From contig JAHFNO010000004.1 in the NCBI GenBank assembly GCA_023267275.1, positions 1-63,561 of the forward strand: DNA of 63,561 nucleotides, written 5' to 3'. The position numbers and the translations under genes are program-made. The DNA comes from Candidatus Nomurabacteria bacterium (GTDB taxonomy: Bacteria > Patescibacteriota > Minisyncoccia > Phycocordibacterales > UBA9973). The notes under the pieces are model-generated. The model made no database searches, had not been told where the DNA came from, and saw nothing but the letters and a program-made list of their open reading frames with translations. The number at the start of each line of letters is the position of its first letter. The stretch's first letter is position 1. Below are positions 31,828 to 39,553 of the stretch, in pieces.

Positions 31828-33948
31828 ATGAAAAAACAACACAGAAAAGGAAAATTCGGCAACGGAAAGCCTGCACAGAAAAAGCAATATTCTTCCCCTG
31901 CTCCCACCACCCCTCAATCCCCTCCTGATTCAGCAGAATCACCTACTGGGTCAAGGCAAGGAGGGGAAGAAATACGACACAAGGGGGAGAAAAATACAAA
32001 TTCAAAATTCATCGAGGGTACTTTTGTCGTGCTTGGTCGTGGTGGTGGAATCGTAAAATGCGAAGAATATAAAGATGGTATTCGTGTTTATGAAGAAAAT
32101 GTAAACACGGCCCTCCATGGCGACGAAGTCAAAGTAAAAGTTATCGGCAAACGACCGTCAGAAACGGTTGGTGCCATCACTGCAATAACACTGCGTACAA
32201 AAACAGAATTTACTGGCGTGCTTATGGTAAACAACGGCACGTATTTTTTGAAAGCTTCCGATCCAAAGATGTATGCAAAGATAGCAATCGACAAAGCTGA
32301 CCTCGGCGGTGCCAAAGTCGGAGAGCGTGTGTATGTCGCCATGAATCCATGGAACAACGCCCGTCAAAATCCAACCGGAAAAGTAATCAAGGTGCTTGGT
32401 GTTCCCGGTGAACACGAGACGGAAATGGAAGCCATTGCACTTGAGCGTGGATTCACGGAAGAATTTCCTGAGGAAGTAATTGCCGAAGCAAAAATAATTG
32501 ATGCACGCGGTATCACCGCCGAGGACTTGCGCGACCGCAGAGATTTTCGAAAAATTGTTACCTTCACTATCGACCCGTACGATGCAAAAGATTTTGACGA
32601 TGCGATTTCAGTAGAAACACTCGCAAATGGAAACACAGAAATCGGTATTCATATTGCCGATGTGTCGCACTATGTACAACTCAAAACCGAACTCGATCGC
32701 GAAGCACTCGAACGCGGAACTTCCGTGTATCTTGTCGATCGTACAATTCCAATGCTTCCTCGTGTTCTCTCCGACGATCTCTGTTCCCTGCTTCCCCATG
32801 TCGATCGACTCACCATGAGTGCAGTCATCACATTCGGTGCAGATGGTACTGAAAAAAGTGCGTGGTTTGGTCCTACAGTGATTCACTCTGCAGAACGCTT
32901 CACGTATGAATCTGCACAAGAAGTGATCGATGGCGCTCCGCACAAATACAAAGAAGAACTCATGACGGCCGCGCGCATAGCGCGCGGCCTCGGAAAGAAT
33001 CGTGTAGCCGAAGGCGCACTCATTCTTGAACAAGAAGAAATCAAAGTACTCATCGATGAAAACGGTCGTCCAACAAAAATTGTAAAAAAAGTTCGTACCG
33101 AAAGTCACACACTCATTGAAGAACTCATGTTGCTTGCAAACCGCCGCATTGCAGAATTTTTGGAGCGCGGTGGCCGGACGAAAAAGCTTACACCAAACAC
33201 CAAAAACCAAACACCAGGCGATGCGGAGCACGCCGTAATCTATCGTATTCACGATCAACCAAGTTTTGAAAAAGCAGAAGACCTCGCATTTTTCATGCGC
33301 TCAGTGGGACACCCAATAACCTTGCGCAAAGATGGCTCTATCGATCCAAAAGCACTTGTTGCAACACTTGCAAAACTTGAGAATGGCGACTTAAAACAAA
33401 CGATTCTCACATTCGTCATTCGCTCGATGGCAAAAGCTGTGTACACAACAAAAAATATCGGCCACTACGGATTGCAGTTTGCACATTACACGCATTTTAC
33501 TTCGCCAATTCGCCGTTACCCTGACCTCGTCATTCATCGTCTCCTCCGCTATGCGCTTGCTGGCAAGCCTGCACCTGCATCACTCCGCAAACAATACGAA
33601 CGAATTTCTCGTCTGTGTTCGATGGCCGAAATGCGCGCCGCAGAAGCAGAACGTGAAAGTGTAAAATTTAAACTCACAGAATTTATGGCGACAAAAGTGG
33701 GCGAAACAATCACTGGAATGATTACTGGTGTCACTGAATGGGGTCTCTACGTGCGCGACAAAGAAACAACTGCTGAAGGACTTGTCGGACTTCGTTCGAT
33801 GAGTAGCGAAACATTCATCGTCAATCCAAAACTTGCGACAATGACTGGGGAAATCTCAAAAAAATCATATCGAATCGGTGATACAATACAAGTACGAATT
33901 GTTCGAGCCGATCCAGAACGAAGACAGATTGATTATGAACTTGTCTAA
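31828..33948 (+). CDS. rnr: ribonuclease R
   Basis: RNB motifs DPYDAKDFDDAISV and HFTSPIRRYPDL, with a C-terminal S1 domain. GAGG lies 4 nt upstream of the ATG. Confidence 0.93.
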   Translation: MKKQHRKGKFGNGKPAQKKQYSSPAPTTPQSPPDSAESPTGSRQGGEEIRHKGEKNTNSKFIEGTFVVLGRGGGIVKCEEYKDGIRVYEENVNTALHGDEVKVKVIGKRPSETVGAITAITLRTKTEFTGVLMVNNGTYFLKASDPKMYAKIAIDKADLGGAKVGERVYVAMNPWNNARQNPTGKVIKVLGVPGEHETEMEAIALERGFTEEFPEEVIAEAKIIDARGITAEDLRDRRDFRKIVTFTIDPYDAKDFDDAISVETLANGNTEIGIHIADVSHYVQLKTELDREALERGTSVYLVDRTIPMLPRVLSDDLCSLLPHVDRLTMSAVITFGADGTEKSAWFGPTVIHSAERFTYESAQEVIDGAPHKYKEELMTAARIARGLGKNRVAEGALILEQEEIKVLIDENGRPTKIVKKVRTESHTLIEELMLLANRRIAEFLERGGRTKKLTPNTKNQTPGDAEHAVIYRIHDQPSFEKAEDLAFFMRSVGHPITLRKDGSIDPKALVATLAKLENGDLKQTILTFVIRSMAKAVYTTKNIGHYGLQFAHYTHFTSPIRRYPDLVIHRLLRYALAGKPAPASLRKQYERISRLCSMAEMRAAEAERESVKFKLTEFMATKVGETITGMITGVTEWGLYVRDKETTAEGLVGLRSMSSETFIVNPKLATMTGEISKKSYRIGDTIQVRIVRADPERRQIDYELV
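31905..31973 (+). repeat. 69-nt relative of the GC-rich palindromic element, in frame inside rnr
   Basis: CACCACCCCTCA..CCCCTCCT-(32-nt loop)-AGGAGGGGAAGAAAT shares both termini with the 57-bp element. Translated as TTPQSPPDSAESPTGSRQGGEEI. Confidence 0.7.
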
Positions 33949-33950
33949 CA

Positions 33951-34070
33951 AGTTCATAATCGAGTTTATAAAGTAAAAAGTTCATAAAGTTTTTAAAGTA
34001 AACTCAAAATCATTGTGTTCGGAATGTATATGACTTTATAAACTTTACGAACTTTATAAACTTTTAACTT
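33951..34070 (+). repeat. inverted A/T-rich AAAGT/ACTTT arrays filling the rnr-capA spacer
   Basis: Left arm at 33951-34006 is AAAGT-type. Right arm at 34032-34070 is GACTTTATAAACTTTACGAACTTTATAAACTTTTAACTT and ends 2 nt before the capA ATG. Confidence 0.75.
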
Positions 34071-34072
34071 GT

Positions 34073-35104
34073 ATGAAATCTCACAACGACAAAGAACTCT
34101 TATTTAGTCTTGTGTTCATCACGCTTCTTGCCGGTCTCGGCGGAAGTTATTTTGAGCGCAATCCGATTCATTTTTCAAACACAAACGACATCAATTCTGC
34201 CGCAGCAATTCTTGCCACAGAACAAAATCTTGCACCGACTATAACAACAAGACCAGTAACGCTCGGATTTGTCGGTGACATCATGCTCGATCGCGGAATC
34301 AAAGCATCTGTCATTCGCAATTTTGGTGGCGACTACAACAAGATGTTTACAAAAAGTGATTTCCTCAAAGTTCCCGACATTACTTTTGCCAATCTTGAAG
34401 GACCAGTATCAAACAAAGGCACCGACCAACACAATCTGTATTCATTTCGCATGGATCCAAGTATTATTCCCGCAATCAAAAATGCAGGGATCGATGTAGT
34501 GAGTTTTGCCAACAATCATGTGGGCGATTATGGACGCGAAGCATTTGAAGATTCACTCACCCGTCTACACAATGCAGGTATTCTCACTTGTGGTGCTGGT
34601 ATGAATCGCACCGAAGCAGAAACTCCTGCAATAGTGAGTCAAAACAATTTTTCTGTTGGATACCTTTGTTTTTCCGATGTTGGACCGGACACGATGGCAG
34701 TCAGCAACACACAAAGCGGAATCCTCCTCACGAGCGATCCCGATTTTGATTCAATCATTCAAAAAGCATCGCAAAAAGTAAGTGCGCTCATTGTCTCATT
34801 CCATTTTGGAATCGAATATCAAACAACACATACCGTGCGACAAGAAGATCTCGCGAATCGTGCAATCAACGATGGCGCAGCGATGATTGTAGGAGCACAT
34901 CCACACGTACCAGAAGATATTGGTAGTCTGAACGGCGCACCTATTTTCTACAGTCTCGGTAATTTTATTTTTGATCAACCATTTTCAAAAGAAACAATGG
35001 GTGGATTATTTATCACAGCAAAAATACAAAACAAAACGGTTTCAGATATTATTTCCCACACTATTGAACTCAATAAAAACTTTGTTCCTTCACTTGTGCA
35101 ATAA
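34073..35104 (+). CDS. CapA-family (PGA_cap metallophosphatase-like) protein
   Basis: GDIMLDRG, FANLEGPVS, FANNHVGDYG and GAHPHV blocks, with an N-terminal TM. Confidence 0.8.
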   Translation: MKSHNDKELLFSLVFITLLAGLGGSYFERNPIHFSNTNDINSAAAILATEQNLAPTITTRPVTLGFVGDIMLDRGIKASVIRNFGGDYNKMFTKSDFLKVPDITFANLEGPVSNKGTDQHNLYSFRMDPSIIPAIKNAGIDVVSFANNHVGDYGREAFEDSLTRLHNAGILTCGAGMNRTEAETPAIVSQNNFSVGYLCFSDVGPDTMAVSNTQSGILLTSDPDFDSIIQKASQKVSALIVSFHFGIEYQTTHTVRQEDLANRAINDGAAMIVGAHPHVPEDIGSLNGAPIFYSLGNFIFDQPFSKETMGGLFITAKIQNKTVSDIISHTIELNKNFVPSLVQ

Positions 35105-35105
35105 A

Positions 35106-35133
35106 AAATCCCCCGAGTTTTACCGGGGGATTT
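35106..35133. terminator. bidirectional terminator
   Basis: AAATCCCCCG-AGTTTTAC-CGGGGGATTT between convergent genes. Confidence 0.8.
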
Positions 35134-35153
35134 AAATTCACATTGGCTTTCTT

Positions 35154-35849
35154 TTATTTTTTTACTTCTTCAGCTCCTTGTGCTGGCGGTTGCGTTGCCG
35201 GGGCCGGTGCTGCAGGTGCATTTGCTCCTTCAACAGGTTTACCCGTCTTAAACGCCATAACCTCGTGACCATGACGATAATAGAACTTACCGCCTGATTC
35301 AGATTTCTGCATCTGCGTCATAATTTTTACTACATCATCCTCGTCAAATGAGGGCTCCTTATGTCCAAAATCAATTGGCACGGGAGCCGGTCCATGGTAG
35401 TGATGATGTGTATCACCACCGGTAGTACATGCAGGAGCAACCGGCCTGCGCGGACTAGTATACCAACGGCGCAAACCAACAAAAATTACACCAGCAATTC
35501 CTAAAAGCACACATAGCATAAACCAATTAAACCACCAGGGAGAATCGGTCATAAATGTTGGCCAATGATAAGGCACTGGTGGTATCGCATTATAGTAGCC
35601 ATGAGCATTAAGCTCATCATTGGTTACGTTAATGCTTATCGGATCTTTCGTGTGATCCCAGCCGGTGATCCTTTCTGCTCCGGTCAACCACGCATGGTGC
35701 GTACAAGTGATCGTGGCAGTACGCGGAATATCTTTATCCACATACACGGTTTTGCTTACTCCGGAACCACTGGTCACGGTTTGGGCGTTAACAAATGCGC
35801 TACAAGCCAACAAGGCGAGCGATGCAATAATTGTTACAAATTTTTTCAT
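35154..35849 (-). CDS. secreted or membrane hypothetical protein with a Pro/Ala-rich C-terminus
   Basis: Signal peptide MKKFVTIIASLALLACSAFVNAQ and an internal TM FMLCVLLGIAGVIFVGL. Confidence 0.6.
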   Translation of the reverse strand: MKKFVTIIASLALLACSAFVNAQTVTSGSGVSKTVYVDKDIPRTATITCTHHAWLTGAERITGWDHTKDPISINVTNDELNAHGYYNAIPPVPYHWPTFMTDSPWWFNWFMLCVLLGIAGVIFVGLRRWYTSPRRPVAPACTTGGDTHHHYHGPAPVPIDFGHKEPSFDEDDVVKIMTQMQKSESGGKFYYRHGHEVMAFKTGKPVEGANAPAAPAPATQPPAQGAEEVKK

Positions 35850-35961
35850 AATACCAGTTTTAAGAGCGGTTTTTTAGCTCCCCCAAAAGTCATGCAACTT
35901 CTCGGGGAGCTAAAAAAGACTCGTCAACTGATATATTTTTCAAGCTTTCAAATTCACGTGT

Positions 35962-35990
35962 ATAATAGCATATTATAATACAGTTGTCAA
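35962..35990 (-). promoter_or_regulatory. candidate sigma-70 promoter (TTGACA-N17-TATTAT)
   Basis: Read on the minus strand. The roughly 105-nt leader contains a 13-bp hairpin TTTTTAGCTCCCC..GGGGAGCTAAAAA (35866-35912). Confidence 0.45.
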
Positions 35991-36026
35991 GCAAAAAGAG
36001 CCTTTATTTATAAGGCTTTTGGGCGG

Positions 36027-36054
36027 ACTTTTGACTTTTAACTTTACACTTTAA
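36027..36054 (+). repeat. four tandem ACTTTNN heptamers
   Basis: ACTTTTG ACTTTTA ACTTTAC ACTTTAA, just beyond the smc terminator hairpin (36058-36087). Confidence 0.7.
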
Positions 36055-36079
36055 ACTAGCAAAATAGCCCCTTCAAGGG

Positions 36080-38314
36080 CTATTTTGCTATCTGTACTGC
36101 TTCTTCGAATTTAATTGAGAGGAGTTTTGAGGCACCTTCGATGCCCATGGTGACTCCGTAGAGCACTTGAGCTCGAGACATTGTCTCTCGATTGTGTGTG
36201 ACCACAATGAGCTTTGAGTGTTTTGAAAGATGTGTGAGCATGTCGCCGTACTTACGAGAATTTGCTTCGTCGAGCGCAGCATCGGTCTCGTCGAGCACAA
36301 GAAATGGTGGCGGATTGACCTGACTCATCGCAAAGAGAAGTGCAATGGAGATCAGCGAACGTTCTCCACCTGAGAGCATCTGCAAGTCACGCACTTTCTT
36401 GTGTGGAAGATTTACGTTGATCTCAATCCCGTGTTCAAAAGGCAAAGAATCTTCATCCTCGCTTCCCTCTTCCTCGTCACGTGGTCGACGATGTTCTACG
36501 ATAATTGAAAGAAATGCATTTCCACCACCGAACATCAGTTTGAAAAAATCACTAAATTGAATATTTATTTTTTCAATTCCTTCTTTGAAAGTACGTTCAA
36601 TGGTGTCGCGCAAATCGTGAATGAGTTCACGGAGCGACGCAATACTTGCTTCGATATCGACAAGTTCTTTTGCCAAAAATGCGTCACGATCTTTTGTCTC
36701 TTCGTATTCTTTAATCACCTCACTACCACTCGCTGCACCAGCATCTTCAAGTTTGATTTTGATACGTTCGAGCTTGCGATAGAGTGCTTCGCGTTCTACC
36801 GTTTTTTCTGGGGTATCAGCCTCTGTATTTTTTTCTGAAGATGGGACAAAGGCACTACCGATAAGCGCATGGGCTTCGCGTGTCATCTCAGAAAAAATAG
36901 CTGTGCGTCGTGCAAGATTTTCTCGACGCAGTGCACATTCACGCAACATTCCTTCGAGAGTGGCGCGACGAGCGACGCCAGCATAGGCATCGCGTTCCTG
37001 CTCGCGAGTTTCCTTTTCGATTGTTGCGAGTTTTTCGCGAGCAATCTGCATTTGTTCTCGCACTTTCGAAATTGCTGCATCAATATCGTGCAAACGCTTT
37101 TCCAAGAGAGCTCGCTCACCTTCAATGCGTGCGCGAATATCAGATTGATCTACTGGTTCATGTTTTTGTGATTTAAGAGAATCGGTAAATGCCGACAATT
37201 TTTGCTTCATTGATGCGAGTGCCATTCGTACTGCTTCCATCGAATCAACCGTCTCCGCATTTTCGATTGCAAAAATAATGTCAGCACAAATTGTTTGTAC
37301 GCGCCCCACTGATACACTCGTCACGCCAGGTGTTTCGGTTACAACAGAAGTGAGCGCATCGAGTTTTCCTTCAATACGTCCAATGGTACGAGAGAGTTCT
37401 TCACGTTCTTGAAAAAGTTTTGATTGATCTTGCTCAAGCGTTCGAATTACACCAAATACTACATTGCGCGCTTGGTCATGCTCTTGATTTGATTCTGTGG
37501 TAGCAACTTCGGGAATACCAGCGAGTTCGGTTTTAATTGTTCGCTCCTCGTTTCCAAGAGCGTGTTCGGCAAAAGCGATCGATCCAGATTCGAGCGAAGC
37601 ATATTCGTTGAATAGCCCGGCAAATTCTTGTCGGAGTTCTTCAGTCTTTTGAATTTTTTCTACTTGTTTACTGAGAAATGTAAGATGTGGTGCAAGCTCA
37701 CGGCGAAGTGCTTGGACTTCTTTCATATTCGCAGCGGTTTTTTCCAGCTTGCGTTCACTTTCGCGGATACGAAGCTGATACACTTTAAGACCGAGCGCAT
37801 CTTCAATCATTCCACGACGATCCTTTGCAGATGCAGTAAGTAGTCGATCGGCCTCGCCCTGAGAAATAATATGGTGTCCAGACGCGCCAATATTCACCGA
37901 GCCAAGAAGCTCGGTGATGTCTTTCAAACGCACATTGGTGCCGTTGATAGAATAGTTTGAAGCGCCGTCGGATGTAACCTCGCGTGCGAGTGTAATTTCG
38001 TCGAATGAAAGATCGGCGGCAGAACCCGCAGAACTCGAGAAGGCAAATTTTCGATCGGCATTGTCAAACGAAATCGCAACACGAGCCTTGTTTCCAGCAG
38101 GAAGCAATTTTGAACCTTTCCAAATGAGATCACTCGAACCTTTTCCACGAAGTGATTTCATTGATTGTTCGCCGAGTACGTAGCGAATCGATTCCACAAC
38201 GTTGGATTTTCCAGAACCGTTCGGTCCAACAATTGCAGTAATGGGCGTATCAAAAGACAGCGTTGTTTTTTTCGCAAATGATTTGAACCCGCTGATTTCT
38301 ATTTTTTTTAACAT
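36080..38314 (-). CDS. smc: SMC-family chromosome segregation ATPase, unusually short (744 aa)
   Basis: N-terminal head KSFAKKTTLSFDTPITAIVGPNGSGKSNVVESIRYVLGEQS. C-terminal head LSGGERSLISIALLFA and FLVLDETDAALD. Conserved rnc-smc neighbourhood. Confidence 0.85.
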   Translation of the reverse strand: MLKKIEISGFKSFAKKTTLSFDTPITAIVGPNGSGKSNVVESIRYVLGEQSMKSLRGKGSSDLIWKGSKLLPAGNKARVAISFDNADRKFAFSSSAGSAADLSFDEITLAREVTSDGASNYSINGTNVRLKDITELLGSVNIGASGHHIISQGEADRLLTASAKDRRGMIEDALGLKVYQLRIRESERKLEKTAANMKEVQALRRELAPHLTFLSKQVEKIQKTEELRQEFAGLFNEYASLESGSIAFAEHALGNEERTIKTELAGIPEVATTESNQEHDQARNVVFGVIRTLEQDQSKLFQEREELSRTIGRIEGKLDALTSVVTETPGVTSVSVGRVQTICADIIFAIENAETVDSMEAVRMALASMKQKLSAFTDSLKSQKHEPVDQSDIRARIEGERALLEKRLHDIDAAISKVREQMQIAREKLATIEKETREQERDAYAGVARRATLEGMLRECALRRENLARRTAIFSEMTREAHALIGSAFVPSSEKNTEADTPEKTVEREALYRKLERIKIKLEDAGAASGSEVIKEYEETKDRDAFLAKELVDIEASIASLRELIHDLRDTIERTFKEGIEKINIQFSDFFKLMFGGGNAFLSIIVEHRRPRDEEEGSEDEDSLPFEHGIEINVNLPHKKVRDLQMLSGGERSLISIALLFAMSQVNPPPFLVLDETDAALDEANSRKYGDMLTHLSKHSKLIVVTHNRETMSRAQVLYGVTMGIEGASKLLSIKFEEAVQIAK

Positions 38315-38315
38315 T

Positions 38316-38357
38316 AGAAGTTGAAAGTTCGTAAAGTTTATAAAGTTCGTAAAGTCT
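38316..38357 (+). repeat. AAAGT-type 7/9-nt repeat array abutting the smc start codon
   Basis: In mRNA sense: GACTTTACGAACTTTATAAACTTTACGAACTTTCAACTT-cta-ATG(smc). Confidence 0.75.
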
Positions 38358-38695
38358 TAATAAAACCGGACAATATTTTTGAAATCTCCTCAGTTTGTTC
38401 TGACAGCTGTATATATTGTTCTCTACTAATATACCGGAGATCAAGAGCAAGTGCTAGCATCGAACGAACCTCACCTGCTGACCCCCTTAGCTATAAATAA
38501 AAAGTTTCTCAATTCCTTGTTTGTCTGTCGCTCAAAGCCTTCAGCGATATTATTCATAACGGAAACAGCTGCTCTCTCAATTTGATTCTTAAAAGAAAAA
38601 TCTTTACACGAAGCAAAAGTTATATAAATAGCTAAGGAAAAAACTTTAGCTTTCTGCCAAGCAACAATGTTTTCAAATTTTTGTATGGATGGCAT
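38338..38695 (-). pseudogene. four-helix-bundle '23S rRNA intervening-sequence protein' family gene, frameshifted in a G5 run
   Basis: Frame 1: MPSIQKFENIVAWQKAKVFSLAIYI..QIERAAVSVMNNIAEGFERQTNKELRNFLFIAKG. After removing one G of GGGGG (38482-38486): SAGEVRSMLALALDLRYISREQYIQLSEQTEEISKILSGFIKTLRTL*. Confidence 0.75.
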
Positions 38696-38737
38696 TTTAC
38701 TTTATAAACTTTATGAACTTTTCACTTTATAAACTAA
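38696..38737 (+). repeat. ACTTT-type 7/9-nt repeat array filling the rnc-IVS gene spacer
   Basis: In mRNA sense: TAG(rnc stop)TTTATAAAGTGAAAAGTTCATAAAGTTTATAAAGTAAA-ATG. The 15-nt stretch at 38699-38713 is the exact inverted repeat of 38332-38346. Confidence 0.75.
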
Positions 38738-39444
38738 TCGAGCCAATTCTTCGCTTCAACTGCGGCGCGGGCTGCGTCTTGTTCGGCTTCTTGTTTTGAA
38801 TGTCCTTTGCCTTCGGCGATTTTTTCATTGCCGAAATAAATACCGATGGTGAAATTCTTGTCATGGTCGGGACCTGTTTCGCGAATCACTTTGTAGCTTG
38901 GTGTAATGCCGAGATGTTCTTGTGACTTTTCTTGTACGAGTGATTTTGAATCACGCCACAATTTTTTCTTTACAATTTCTGCTGCACGCTTGTTGAGGAA
39001 ACGATCGATGAATTTTTCTACCACAGCATAGCCTTGATCGAGATACATCGCACCGATGAGTGCTTCAATGGCGTTGGCAAGAATATAGAGACGCGCCTTG
39101 CCAGTATCTTTTGCCTCTCCGCGAGAAAGGAAAAGATACTCGTTCATATTGATTTCATTTGCAAATTCCGCCATCGTGTTTGCATTTACAAGTGCTGCAC
39201 GGTAGGCAGTGAGTTCCCCTTCTGGAGAATCTTTGTATGTGCGATATAAAAAGTCGGTTACGGCGAGTTCAAGCACGGCATCGCCCAAAAATTCCAAACG
39301 TTCATTGTGTTCAAGTCCAACACCAGGATTTTCATTCAAATAGGAACGGTGAATAAACGCTTGTGCAAGCAGGTCGCGATTTTTAAATACTACGCCAATA
39401 TTTTTTTCAAACGGAGCCCAGTCACGTACTAATTTTTCAGTCAT
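38734..39444 (-). CDS. rnc: ribonuclease III
   Basis: Signature ERLEFLGDAVLELAV and a C-terminal dsRBD (GPDHDKNFTIGIYFG..GKGHSKQEAEQDAA). Confidence 0.95.
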   Translation of the reverse strand: MTEKLVRDWAPFEKNIGVVFKNRDLLAQAFIHRSYLNENPGVGLEHNERLEFLGDAVLELAVTDFLYRTYKDSPEGELTAYRAALVNANTMAEFANEINMNEYLFLSRGEAKDTGKARLYILANAIEALIGAMYLDQGYAVVEKFIDRFLNKRAAEIVKKKLWRDSKSLVQEKSQEHLGITPSYKVIRETGPDHDKNFTIGIYFGNEKIAEGKGHSKQEAEQDAARAAVEAKNWLD

Positions 39445-39553
39445 AAAAATAAGTTGAAAGTTTATAAAGTTCGTAAAGTTATAAAGTCATGCAAATTCTA
39501 TAAATCCAGTCGTAGCGAGTCCTGCTTTATATACTTTACACTTTTGACTTTTA
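39445..39553 (-). promoter_or_regulatory. rnc leader built from inverted AAAGT/ACTTT arrays (possible long stem-loop)
   Basis: In mRNA sense: TAAAAGTCAAAAGTGTAAAGTATATAAAG, then a loop, then GACTTTATAACTTTACGAACTTTATAAACTTTCAACTT-attttt-ATG(rnc). Confidence 0.5.

Noticed and set aside
34015-34023. GTGTTCGGA(A)T in the loop of the rnr-capA spacer resembles the IS30 right inverted repeat GTGTTCGGATT (17660-17670). It could be a solo IR or an IS30 target.
   Set aside because: A 10/11 match is expected about once by chance in 2 x 63 kb. No second IR or transposase remnant lies nearby.
2378-39553. The heptamer and nonamer arrays as CRISPR arrays or mini-CRISPRs.
   Set aside because: The units are 6-9 nt with no spacers, and the arrays are at most 45 nt. 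No cas genes are present in the window.
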